A stretch of 64,000 bases of DNA from an uncultured Acidobacteriota bacterium. GTDB lineage: Bacteria > Acidobacteriota > Thermoanaerobaculia > Multivoradales > JAHEKO01. The stretch is taken from the NCBI GenBank assembly GCA_963713825.1, contig CAVQNG010000014.1, forward strand, positions 54,366 to 118,365, read 5' to 3'. Under the pieces are notes generated by a model, which was not told where the DNA came from, made no database searches, and worked only from the letters and a program-made list of their open reading frames with translations. Made by a program: the position numbers and the translations under genes. Of this stretch, positions 17,788-27,378 are shown one piece after another (within the stretch, counting starts at the first letter, position 1; each line of letters begins with the position of its first letter).

Positions 17788-18374
17788 TCGCCCATCTTTC
17801 CGCCCCGAGAGTTTCTGGAGCGCCGAGGATAGTCTGGATAATCGATGTCGCGGAACATTCCCACTTTGGCCCGCTTGATCTCGTAGATCGGGTCGTCGTC
17901 GACGCAGACGGTCGCGTCACCGAGGACCACGGCTGAGCCAGAGGTCGCGAGCGTTTGGTAGCGCACGATGTCGACCTCGTACCGAACGATGCTATTGAAA
18001 GGCCGGATCTGCCCGGCGAACTCGACTTCGCCGCAGCCGAGGGCTCTACCCGAGCCAAGAGCACCTCGCCAGGCGCAGTAGAAGCCCAGAAGCTGCCAGA
18101 CGGCATCGACGCCGAGGCACCCCGGCTGCACCGGGTCCCCGAGGAAGTGACACTGAAAGAACCAATCGTCGACCCGAACGTCGCGCTCTGCGACGATTCG
18201 CCCGCGGGCCCGTTTCGAGGACACCTCGACGATGCGATCGATCATAAGCATCGGCGGCAGCGGCAAACCCGTTTTGAGCTCCGGTGGGGCGTCGTCGAAG
18301 AGAGAGCCGTGTGCGATTGCCAGCACCTCCTCGTGGGAGAAGCTGGACTGGTTCTGAAATTCTTCGTACTTCAA
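17784..18374 (-). CDS. fabA: 3-hydroxydecanoyl-ACP dehydratase/isomerase FabA
   Basis: PPMLMIDRIVEV, DDWFFQCHFLGDPVQPGCLGVDAVWQLLGFYCAW and GRALGCGEVEFAGQIRP align along the full length of E. coli FabA. TTG start at 18374 forms a TTGA overlap with the KAS III stop. The ATG at 18461 would overlap KAS III by 91 nt. Confidence 0.8.
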   Translation of the reverse strand: MKYEEFQNQSSFSHEEVLAIAHGSLFDDAPPELKTGLPLPPMLMIDRIVEVSSKRARGRIVAERDVRVDDWFFQCHFLGDPVQPGCLGVDAVWQLLGFYCAWRGALGSGRALGCGEVEFAGQIRPFNSIVRYEVDIVRYQTLATSGSAVVLGDATVCVDDDPIYEIKRAKVGMFRDIDYPDYPRRSRNSRGGKMGE

Positions 18375-19366
18375 GCCTGACCTCCGAACCGAAGGATGTA
18401 GCTCGACCAGGTGAGCCCCGAGCCCACACCGATGATGGCGATGTTGTCTCCGTCCTGCCATCGGTCCCAGTTCATGGAGATGACCGATGGTGCGGCAGCC
18501 GCCCCGGTATTCCCAAACTCGACAACATTGGAGTGATGGTGGTCGGCATCGACTCCGCAGCGCTCGCAGACTGTCTCGAGCATCCGGAGATTGGCCTGAT
18601 GGCCGATGAAGTGGAGGTCATCGGCCACTTCCGGGAACGCCTTCTTGAGGTCGCGGAAGCACCGAATGGTCTTCTTGATCGCGAACATCTGGACAGTCCG
18701 CCCCTCCTGATCGAAGTGACCGAATAGCGGTGCGATGACCTTTTCTCTTCCGGCAGGGCTCGAAGCCAGGGTATTGCCGAGAATCTCGGCTCGTCCGGGT
18801 CGGCGAGTCGAAAGGACGGCTGCGGTGGTGCCATCTCCCCACAGCACAGAGGCCGACCGGTCGGAGTAGTCGACGGTGGTTGTAAGGCTCTCAGGTGTCA
18901 CCAGCAAAATGAGCTCTGGTAGGGCCTCGGGGCGCATCATGGAGAGCATGTACAGGGCGGCCCACATACTCGTACAGGCCGAGTTGATATCGAACGCCGG
19001 GACCTCGAGCTCGAGGGCGTCGGCAATGGCGCAGGCGTCGGCCGGGGAGGACATCTCGGGCCGACTGGACCCGGCAATGACCAGGCCGATCTGATCCTTG
19101 TCGATACCGGCCCGCTGGAGGGCCATCTCGGCCGCCCTCTTGCCCGTCTCGGCATGGGAGTAGAGAGCCGCCTCGAGGGCCATGGAGGGGTCCGCATTTC
19201 GGGTGTCCCGAATGTAGTCGAGGGGCATTACGGTACGACGAGTCTCGATTCCTACCCTCTCTTCGATCCACTCCTGGCTCGTACCGATGTCGAGCTCTTC
19301 CAGGAATCGATTGGTGATCTGGACCTCGGAATGGAAATGGCCGAGGCTGTGCAGGAACAGGCTCAT
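18371..19366 (-). CDS. Beta-ketoacyl-ACP synthase III family (FabH-like)
   Basis: The N-terminus aligns to FabH (VQITNRFLEELDIGTSQEWIEERVGIETRR). Cys/His/Asn triad context: DINSACTS, IGHQAN, FGNTGAA. Confidence 0.8.
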   Translation of the reverse strand: MSLFLHSLGHFHSEVQITNRFLEELDIGTSQEWIEERVGIETRRTVMPLDYIRDTRNADPSMALEAALYSHAETGKRAAEMALQRAGIDKDQIGLVIAGSSRPEMSSPADACAIADALELEVPAFDINSACTSMWAALYMLSMMRPEALPELILLVTPESLTTTVDYSDRSASVLWGDGTTAAVLSTRRPGRAEILGNTLASSPAGREKVIAPLFGHFDQEGRTVQMFAIKKTIRCFRDLKKAFPEVADDLHFIGHQANLRMLETVCERCGVDADHHHSNVVEFGNTGAAAAPSVISMNWDRWQDGDNIAIIGVGSGLTWSSYILRFGGQA

Positions 19367-20319
19367 CGCGAGGCCCCCGAAATGCGTTCGCCACCGTCGA
19401 CCCGGATGATCTCGCCATTGATCCAGCTGGCCTCTGGCAGGCAGAGCAGGTAGATGGCATTGGCGACATCTGCAGGAGTGGTCAGACGATGGAAGGGGTT
19501 GCGGAGGCGGGCCAGCGCCTTGAGGTGGGCGCTACCCGGAATCATCCGCAGGGCATTCGTATCTGTGACGCCGGCTTGCACGATGTTGGAGCGAATTCCG
19601 TATGGCGCCATCTCGACTGCGATAGAGCGCGAGACCGATTCGAGCGCGACCTTGGCCGCAGCCACGGCGGCGTAGCCCTTCCAGGCGACTTCGTTGCCTT
19701 CGCTTGTGAGGCCGAGTACTCGGGCATCGGAAGCAAATAGGCCCCGTTCGAGGATCTCCTGCGTCCAGCCGAGGAGGCTCGTGCCCATGGCGTGAACGGT
19801 GCGCGCCATGTCCTCTTCTTCCAGGAAGAGGTCGGCCGAGTACTGCGGTGGGGTGGTGAGGCCCTGGACGCCGTCGCATCCCTCCTCGAACAGGCGGTCG
19901 GCAGTCTCCCGCACGACGCTCTCTTCGATGCCGAGTGCCGCGGCGAGCTGGGCGCCGGCCGTATCGTTGGACGGCGCTTCGGGTCCGACGAGTTTCAGGT
20001 TGCCGAAAGCGATGGAGTGGAGGAGGACCCGGATCTTGCCGCTCGGTGCGAGGGCCTCGGTCAGTGTGTCCAAGATCTCACTGCGGACCTCGGAGTCGAG
20101 GGCATCCCGGTTGAAGGTCACCAGGGAGACACCCCGCTGGCGGAGGCGCTCGAATTCCGGTTCGATCTTGCGCATCGCTCCCCGACGATCCCGGTGCACG
20201 ATGCAGAGGTTCAAGCCGTGTTCGGCCAGCTTGTGAGCGGTGGCCAGTCCAAAGCCGCTGGAACCGCCGAGGATCAGGGCCCATTCATCGGTGCTGAAGC
20301 GTGTCGCTGAGACGTTCAC
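19363..20319 (-). CDS. SDR-family reductase with FabI/FabL-type Tyr-x6-Lys (putative enoyl-ACP reductase)
   Basis: GTG start with an AGGAA RBS. ILGGSSGFGLATA glycine motif. YAAVAAAK gives the Y-x6-K spacing typical of enoyl-ACP reductases. First gene of the cassette; ATGA overlap with KAS III. Confidence 0.6.
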   Translation of the reverse strand: MNVSATRFSTDEWALILGGSSGFGLATAHKLAEHGLNLCIVHRDRRGAMRKIEPEFERLRQRGVSLVTFNRDALDSEVRSEILDTLTEALAPSGKIRVLLHSIAFGNLKLVGPEAPSNDTAGAQLAAALGIEESVVRETADRLFEEGCDGVQGLTTPPQYSADLFLEEEDMARTVHAMGTSLLGWTQEILERGLFASDARVLGLTSEGNEVAWKGYAAVAAAKVALESVSRSIAVEMAPYGIRSNIVQAGVTDTNALRMIPGSAHLKALARLRNPFHRLTTPADVANAIYLLCLPEASWINGEIIRVDGGERISGASR

Positions 20320-20654
20320 TCGGGTTTCCTTCCCGGTGGAGTGCAGGCTGAGACCACCGTAGATGCATCGACCGCAAGCTCGATGCCCGACTTAGCTATC
20401 TCCTTTGATCTGGGGACAGAGAATACCAAAGGGACCGGATCGAGGTGAAGCGAGAAGCCAACTACAGAACCGCCTCGAGTCGTGCCGAGCGAGCTCGCGG
20501 TTGATGGTCAGAGCCGTGTTCAGTGCGAATGACCGCTTATAGACTCATGGCTACTCATCAATTGGATTAGCTGCGCACGCCGCCTTATGATCGTTGGGTT
20601 GTTGGAACCATTGTGGTCGAGACTCTTGGGATGTGAACCGGAAGGAGGAGTTGC

Positions 20655-21863
20655 ATGTCGGGTGGAAGGTCGATTTATCTGATGGTGGGTTTAGTGTTGG
20701 TCATGCTGTTTTCGATCGTACCGGCTGAAGGGTCGGGTCGAGGGGCTGGAGACTTCGAGTCGTGGGAGTGGGACGTGATCAAGCCGAGTGATCGTTTCGA
20801 TGGAAGCTGGTCGCCGCGGGCTGGGCTTCAGGTGGTCAAGCTGCGCAACACCTTTTACCTCATGGGCGGACGAACTCCGAAGCCACCCAGCTTCCCTCCA
20901 ATTCCCGGCGATAGCATCATTTGGGGAGACGTTTGGAAGAGTCGTAATTTGGGACGTACCTGGGAGAGAATTCTCGACACCGACTCCCCAGGTCACTGGC
21001 CCGCTCGTGCCTACTTTCAGGTCGTGAAGAAAGGCGGGTGGATGTACGTGGTCGGAGGACAGAACTTCAAGGCCGGCCCGGTCGACTGCCCCGTAGACGT
21101 GCCGATTTGCTCCGACTTTTTCAGTGATGTCTGGCGCAGCAAGAACGGTGTCGACTGGGTCGAGCTGACCGACGATGCTGGCTGGGAGCCTCGTGCAGGT
21201 CTCAGCAGTATTGTCTTCCGAGGCGAGATCTATGTGATGGCTGGTTCTCAGAATGATGACGAGTCGATTGGTCCCGGCGGTCCGGCCAGGATCTACTTTG
21301 ACGACGTCTGGAAGTCTCGCAATGGCAGGGATTGGGAGCTCGTGACCCAACATGCCCCGTGGGAAGCGCGAGCCGGCGCGGTCCTGGTAGAGAAGAACGG
21401 CTATATGTACTTGCTGGGGGGAGAGGAAGGATTCGTTTGCGATCCACTGCCGTTTTGCGAACCCCCGTACTTCAACGACGTATGGCGGTCGCGGAACGGT
21501 GCCGACTGGGAGCTGGTCACCGAGGCGGCTGGATGGTCTCCGCGACCCGGGCACCAGTGTGCCGTGGTGTTGAACAACTTCGTCTGCTTCGGCGGCTTTG
21601 GCCTTCTCGAGAATCCACAGGACGTCTGGGTCAGCAAGAACGGTGCGGACTGGCGGCAGGTCAATGACTCACCGTGGAACTCGACCTCGGCGGATGACAT
21701 CAAGTACGACTTCGACGTCTTGGTGGTGCGGGGCGGCAAGCGAGGACAGCGCCCATCGATCTTCACCTTCGGCGGCGATCGGGAGACCTTCGATTTCACC
21801 GACCCCACCAACTTTCTGAGAGTCGACAACGACGTCTGGAGATACTCGCCGCCCAAGCACTAA
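20655..21863 (+). CDS. Secreted Kelch-type beta-propeller protein
   Basis: GGAAGGAGG RBS and a signal peptide MVGLVLVMLFSIVPAEG. Six repeats of the D(V)W(K/R)S.NG.DWE.V blade motif. Confidence 0.75.
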   Translation: MSGGRSIYLMVGLVLVMLFSIVPAEGSGRGAGDFESWEWDVIKPSDRFDGSWSPRAGLQVVKLRNTFYLMGGRTPKPPSFPPIPGDSIIWGDVWKSRNLGRTWERILDTDSPGHWPARAYFQVVKKGGWMYVVGGQNFKAGPVDCPVDVPICSDFFSDVWRSKNGVDWVELTDDAGWEPRAGLSSIVFRGEIYVMAGSQNDDESIGPGGPARIYFDDVWKSRNGRDWELVTQHAPWEARAGAVLVEKNGYMYLLGGEEGFVCDPLPFCEPPYFNDVWRSRNGADWELVTEAAGWSPRPGHQCAVVLNNFVCFGGFGLLENPQDVWVSKNGADWRQVNDSPWNSTSADDIKYDFDVLVVRGGKRGQRPSIFTFGGDRETFDFTDPTNFLRVDNDVWRYSPPKH

Positions 21864-21914
21864 CGAGGGACGAAGGTTCGACTTCACAGATTGTCGGATC
21901 GAGCTGCCTTGACG

Positions 21915-21949
21915 CTGCCCCGGCCAGCCGGATCACTGGCTCGGGGCAG
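21915..21949. terminator. GC-rich hairpin downstream of the Kelch gene (possible terminator, no U-tract)
   Basis: CTGCCCCG...CGGGGCAG 8-bp stem with a nested AGCC/GGCT stem. Confidence 0.25.
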
Positions 21950-22245
21950 CCTTCGAGGGAGTTTCCAACAGGCCATCGAGAATGGCTTCCGCGGTGCTTT
22001 CCAGATAGGCGAGCTCTACGCTCGCTGCCCTGTTCATCCCCCGGCCAGATTTCCTATCGAGTCACGGTTGGATCTGCCTTCCTCGGAGCATTCGCACGAT
22101 ATGCTGCCAGTATTGGGATGATTTGGACCAGGGATCTGTGTGACCTCTGGGGCAGTTTCGCTCTATCAGGGGAGGATCCGGTCGGCTTGGACCGCGCCCT
22201 GAGATCCGCCAGAGCGCAGGTTTCAGCGGTGGGGAGGGGCTAACG

Positions 22246-23316
22246 ATGCGTCTGTCGAAGATGATCCAAGCGGTTGACACCCATGTTTGCGGTGAGCCCG
22301 GGAGGGTGATCGTCGGTGGGGTGCTGGATGTTCCCGGCTCGACGATGTTCGAGAAGATGCGGTATCTCGAAACCGAGGCTGACGACCTGCGGCTGAGGAT
22401 GCTCCGGGAGCCGAGGGGCTATCCGGCGACCTGCTGCAATCTCATCCTGCCGCCGACCCATCCAGATGCGCACGCCGGTTACGTGATCATGGAACAGGTC
22501 GAGTACCCGGGGATGTCGGGCACAAACACGATCGCGGTGGCTACGGTGCTCATCGAGACGGGGATGGTGCCATCGCAAGAGCCAGTAACCGAGTTACTGC
22601 TCGAATCCCCAGCTGGCCTGATCGCGATTCGGGCAGACGTACGAGGGGGAAAAGTCGAGCGTGTGACTTTCGAGAATGTCCCGGCGTTCCCGGTCCAACT
22701 GGACGCCGAGGTCGAAGTGCCCCATATCGGCAAGGTGAATGTCGATGTAGCCTATGGCGGTATGTTCTACGTCATCGCGGATGCCGATCAGTTGGGACTG
22801 AGCTTGAGCGCCGCCGAAGGGGGGGAGGCCGCTCGGGTCGGAGAGATGATCAAGGCGGCGACCATCGAGCAGCTCGAAACGCCGGTCCATCCGGAGAACC
22901 CTGACATTCGGGGCGTGACGATCAGTCAATTGTCGGCTCCATCGACCAACCCGATCGCCGACCGCAAGAACACGGTGATCGTCTCCTCGGGCGAGCTGGA
23001 TTGGAGTCGGCCCAGCACCTGGACAGGTGTCCTCGACCGTTCCCCCTGCGGCACCGGCACATCGGCCAAGATGGCCTGTCTGTGGGCCAAAGGCCATCTA
23101 CCGCTCGATCAGGACTTCGTGCACGAGGGAATCTTGGGTACGACCTTCACTGGCAGGCTGGTGCGAGAGACAAAGGTCGGCAATATCGAGGCCGTTGTGC
23201 CAACGATCTCTGGCACTGCGTGGATCACGGGGTTCGCCCAGTACGTGGTCGATCCCGACGACCCCTTTCCCAATGGGTTTACCGTAGGTGACATCTGGGG
23301 CGGACAGGAGGAGTAA
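22246..23316 (+). CDS. Proline racemase-family enzyme (4-hydroxyproline epimerase / 3-hydroxyproline dehydratase-like), Ser/Cys active-site pair
   Basis: GGGGAGGGG RBS. MSGTNTIAV stands where epimerases carry MCGH(G), so the first catalytic Cys is replaced by Ser. DRSPCGTGTSAKMA retains the second catalytic Cys. Confidence 0.85.
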   Translation: MRLSKMIQAVDTHVCGEPGRVIVGGVLDVPGSTMFEKMRYLETEADDLRLRMLREPRGYPATCCNLILPPTHPDAHAGYVIMEQVEYPGMSGTNTIAVATVLIETGMVPSQEPVTELLLESPAGLIAIRADVRGGKVERVTFENVPAFPVQLDAEVEVPHIGKVNVDVAYGGMFYVIADADQLGLSLSAAEGGEAARVGEMIKAATIEQLETPVHPENPDIRGVTISQLSAPSTNPIADRKNTVIVSSGELDWSRPSTWTGVLDRSPCGTGTSAKMACLWAKGHLPLDQDFVHEGILGTTFTGRLVRETKVGNIEAVVPTISGTAWITGFAQYVVDPDDPFPNGFTVGDIWGGQEE

Positions 23317-23320
23317 GGGA

Positions 23321-24289
23321 ATGGTACAGATCATCCCTCTTGAAGTCATTGAACGCGTTCTGAAACGGATCGATGTCGTCGGGCTGATGGAGGAGGGCTT
23401 TGTCGCCTATTCTGAAGGGCGGGCGATGGTGCCGCCCGTCGGCGAGCTGATCTTCGAAGATCCACCGGGCGAAACCCACATCAAGTATGGCTACATCCGG
23501 GGCGGAGATCACTATGTCATCAAGATCGCCTCGGGTTTCTATGGGAATTCCGAGATCGGCTTGCCGTCGGGCAGCGGCTTGATGCTCCTTCTCAGCCAGA
23601 AGACAGGCTTCCTCGAAGCGGTCTTGCTCGACGAGGGCCGTCTCACCGATGTGCGGACCGCTGCGGCTGGTGCCGTGGCCGCTAAGCACCTGGCGCCGAG
23701 TGAGGTTCGGCGCATCGGAATTCTGGGTGGAGGAGTGCAGGCTCGACTCCAGTTGGAGCTCATGCTGCCGTTCATCTCGTGTCGGCAGGTCCTGGTTTGG
23801 ATGCGCGATCCCGCCGAGGCCGAGCCCTACCTGCAGTACTTCGCAGACTCGGATGCGGAGATCGAGATTGCAGGTAGTGCCGAGGAGGTCGCCGATGGCT
23901 GCAATCTGATCGTAACTGCGACTCCCTCCAAGACACCATTGCTTTCGGCGGCGAGCATCCAAGCCGGGACTCATATCACCGCCATTGGCTCGGATACGGT
24001 CGACAAGATCGAGTTGGCTCCGGAAATCCTCGGCAATGCGGACCTGGTTGTGGTCGACAGTCTCTCTCAGTCGGAAGCTCGGGGCGAGGTCTTTCGAGCT
24101 GTGGATGCGGGAGCACTGAGTCGCGAGACCGTTGTCGAGTTGGGTGCCGTCGTCGCGGGCCACGCTACGGGCCGAGTCGATGACAGCCAGGTGACCGTTT
24201 GCGACCTGACCGGAGTCGCCGTGCAGGACCTGATGATTGCCCAGGGCGTGAAAGACGGGGCCGACCCGGAATCAAGTCACGAGTTCTGA
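23321..24289 (+). CDS. Ornithine cyclodeaminase / mu-crystallin family protein (candidate delta1-pyrroline-2-carboxylate reductase)
   Basis: Start MVQIIPLEV at 23321 with an AGGGA RBS right after the preceding stop. Rossmann motif RIGILGGGVQA. OCD-family C-terminus. Confidence 0.8.
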   Translation: MVQIIPLEVIERVLKRIDVVGLMEEGFVAYSEGRAMVPPVGELIFEDPPGETHIKYGYIRGGDHYVIKIASGFYGNSEIGLPSGSGLMLLLSQKTGFLEAVLLDEGRLTDVRTAAAGAVAAKHLAPSEVRRIGILGGGVQARLQLELMLPFISCRQVLVWMRDPAEAEPYLQYFADSDAEIEIAGSAEEVADGCNLIVTATPSKTPLLSAASIQAGTHITAIGSDTVDKIELAPEILGNADLVVVDSLSQSEARGEVFRAVDAGALSRETVVELGAVVAGHATGRVDDSQVTVCDLTGVAVQDLMIAQGVKDGADPESSHEF

Positions 24290-24361
24290 ACAAGAGCTCC
24301 GTATTCGGATTTGGCTCGTTTCGTGTCTGTGGCTGAAGTGAATCTGTAACGGAAGACGGCA

Positions 24362-26369
24362 ATGAACCGGAAGCGCCTCCTGAACACGCTTGTGGCCTGC
24401 GGCATCTTCGGACTCGTGTCGCACTCTTCGATCGCAGCGCAGGCGAAGCGGGCGATGACCGTCGACGACATGCTCGACATGGTTCGCGTTGACGACGTCC
24501 TGATGACGCCGGATGGTTCGAGAGTCTTCTTCACCGAACGCCGACTGAACTGGGAGACGAACAAGTACGAGAAGACTCTATTCGCGATCTCTTCTCGCGG
24601 TGGCGAGGCCGTGCCGTTCGTGCGAAAGGACGGCGGGGAGAGCTACCGGATCTCTCCCGACGGGAAGTTCCTATCTCTCTTGCGAGAGGTCGAGGACAAG
24701 CCCCAGATCTTCCTGATGTCTCTGGAGGGCGGTGAGCCCTGGCAGTTGACTGAACACCAGGGCAAGATCACCGACTATCGATGGTCCGGCGATAGCAGGA
24801 GCCTCGTTTTCGTTTCCGAGCAGGCCATGTCCGAAGAAGAGGAGAAAGAGTTCAAGCTGGGCAACGACCCCATCTATGTCAATGAGGGGCCCAGCGGCAA
24901 GAATCACGGCAGGTGGACCCATCTCTGGCGGGTCGATCTTCAAGCCAAGGCCGAGATCCCGATCCTCGAAGAGGACCGCCTGATCGACGGCTTCGATGTG
25001 TCGCCGGACGGCTCGAGAGTGGTCTTCTCTGCCCGGCCTGACAATCGCGGCAACTTCCCGTTTACTTCGGAGCTCTATGTTGTCGATACAGAAGGTGGTG
25101 ATCCGATCAAGGTCACCGACAACCAGGATCTCGAGTTCGATCCGCTCTGGTCCCCCGATGGGAAGACCTTCGTCTTTCATGCCAGCAGCGGCAAGGGCTT
25201 CGATCTCAGGAACGGGTATCTCTGGATTCTGAATCCAGACACTGGGGCGCTCCGAAGGCTCGAAGCGCATCACATCGGCGAGATCGATCATCTGGTGTGG
25301 AGCGCTGATGGCAAGAGCCTGCTCTTCAATGAGGTACATGGCACCGACACCAACCTGTACAGGCTCGACATTGCCTCCGATGCGTTGGTGGCCCTGACGA
25401 GCCAGTCCGGGACCTTTCGCGCTCTCGCTTACTCGACAGGACAGAAGTGCGATTGCCTACTCCTTCAACGATTTCGATACACCGACGGACCTCTATGCAT
25501 CGGCTCTCGACGGATCTGGAGCCATCCGACTTACCGACGCCAACCCGTGGATCGAAGAAGACATTCTCCTTCCCAAGAGTCGAATTCTCCAGTGGAAGAG
25601 CTCGGACGGCACGAGCATCGAGGGCATCTTCATGCTTCCCTCTGACTACCGTGAAGGAGCGCAGGTGCCCCTGGTCTTGCAGATTCACGGCGGACCCAGT
25701 GGCTATTGGGCCAACGCCTTCGAACCGGACCTGATCGTCTACACGGGTCTCGGCTATGCGGTGCTGGGACCCAATGTCCGGGGTTCCAGTGGGTACGGTG
25801 ATGATCTGCTCAGGGGGCTGATGGGTGATGTCGGCGGGGGCGAGTATCAGGACCTGATGTCGGGAGTCGACCAAGTCATCGAGGCCGGCTATATCGACCC
25901 CGAGAAGATGGGAGTCGCTGGTTGGAGCTGGGGCGGCGTGCTGGCTGGCTGGGTGATCACCCAGACCGACCGATTCAAGGCGGCTTCCGTCGGTGCAGGG
26001 GTGAGCAATTGGATCGCGGAAAGCGGCCCGGGCTACAACTGGGACATCTCCCATTGGCACGTCGGTGGAAAGCACTGGACCAACCGAGACGAGTGGCGCC
26101 GCCGCTCGGCCATCAACTTCGTGGAGAACGTCCAGACGCCAACCCTGTTCTTGCACGGGGAGAAAGACCAGACGAGCAGTACCAACCAGAGTATGGTCTA
26201 CTTCGACGCTCTACAGGAGCGCGGCATCCCGACCCGATTCATCAAGTTCCCTCGGCAGGAGCACGGAATCCGCGAGCCACGACTCCTCAGGGTCCGCATC
26301 GTCGAAGAGATTCGATGGATGGAGAAGTACGTGCGCGGCGTTGACTGGTCGCCGTGGACTCGAGACTAG
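24362..26369 (+). pseudogene. S9 family peptidase (beta-propeller plus catalytic domain) interrupted by a +1 frameshift near 25448
   Basis: The 24362..25645 frame (signal peptide, propeller) reads sensibly to ...GTFRALAYSTGQK, then degenerates. The +1 frame continues AIAYSFNDFDTPTDLY...GWSWGG (Ser nucleophile) to the stop at 26369. Removing one base restores a ~668-aa protein. Either a true pseudogene or an assembly indel. Confidence 0.6.
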
Positions 26370-26388
26370 GGTGACAGGAGCGAAGAGA

Positions 26389-27318
26389 ATGCAATTCGAA
26401 GGCATCTACACACCGGTGATCACGCCGATGGGGCCCGATCGGGAGATCGATGAGAAGGGGTGGGTCGAGGTGATCGAGCACCTTGTGGGGCAGGGGATGC
26501 ATGGGTTGGTGCTGGGCGGTACGACTGGCGAGAACTACGCGCTGACGACCAAGGAGCGTATCCGCCAATTTCAGTACGGCAACGAGGTGATTGCCGGGCG
26601 GGTGCCGTGGGTTGCCGGCGTCAACGACATCCGGACCGAGGATGTCAGTGACTATGCGGTCGCTGCCCGAGAAGCCGGGGCCGCGGCGATCCTGCTGGCA
26701 GTGCCACCGTACTCGATACCCAACGACAAGGAGCTGGCACAGCATGCGTTGGCCGTTGACAAGGCCTGCGGCCTGCCGGTGATGTTGTACAACTACCCGG
26801 GACGATCGGGGACAGGGTTCGGGCGTGAGTTTCTCGAGAGGGTGAGTCGGAACAGTAACTTCACGGCGATCAAGGAGAGCAGCGGTGACCTCGACCGCAT
26901 CCATATGATTGCCCGGGAGTTCCCCCATCTGCAGCTGAGCTGCGGCGCGGACGATCAAGCCCTGGAGTTCTTTGTCTGGGGAGCGCGCTCATGGGTCTGT
27001 GCTGCGGGGAACTTCCTTGGTGCCGAGTGCATCGCCCTCTATGAAACCTGCGTGCTGCAAGAGGACTTCGCCAAGGGACGCCGGATCATGAAGGCTCTGC
27101 TGCCGGTCATGACGGTGCTGGAGCGGGGCGGGAAGTTCGCACAATGCGTGAAGTATGGATGCGAAATGGATGGGCTGCCGGCGGGAACCGTGCGTTTGCC
27201 CCTGCGGCCGATGAAGAAGGAACTGAAACGTCAGATGCGAGATGCGGTGTTGACGGCGCGGAAGACGATCAAGGGGATCTTGGCAGCATCGCCGGAGCCT
27301 GCAGCGCCAGCGAGCTGA
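26389..27318 (+). CDS. DapA/dihydrodipicolinate synthase-family lyase (candidate pyrroline-hydroxy-carboxylate deaminase)
   Basis: Start MQFEGIYTPVITPM with an AGGAG RBS. GLVLGGTTGE and YNYPGRSG motifs of the DHDPS/NAL family. The 26065 track ORF start is an upstream read-through overlapping the peptidase. Confidence 0.85.
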   Translation: MQFEGIYTPVITPMGPDREIDEKGWVEVIEHLVGQGMHGLVLGGTTGENYALTTKERIRQFQYGNEVIAGRVPWVAGVNDIRTEDVSDYAVAAREAGAAAILLAVPPYSIPNDKELAQHALAVDKACGLPVMLYNYPGRSGTGFGREFLERVSRNSNFTAIKESSGDLDRIHMIAREFPHLQLSCGADDQALEFFVWGARSWVCAAGNFLGAECIALYETCVLQEDFAKGRRIMKALLPVMTVLERGGKFAQCVKYGCEMDGLPAGTVRLPLRPMKKELKRQMRDAVLTARKTIKGILAASPEPAAPAS

Positions 27319-27378
27319 GCCACCGAGAGGAATGAGGATCTCCCAGCCTGACGGGATCACACGGATAGGAGTTTTGGT

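Noticed and set aside
16028-18106. Single 692-aa ORF spanning the KAS gene and 790 nt upstream
   Set aside because: The N-terminal 264 codons are Arg/Pro/Ser-rich nonsense overlapping the FabZ-like gene in another frame. Homology begins exactly at a GTG that forms a GTGA junction with the fabZ stop.
20691-21554. 287-aa minus-strand ORF
   Set aside because: Antisense to the Kelch-repeat gene, which has an RBS, a signal peptide and six clear repeats.
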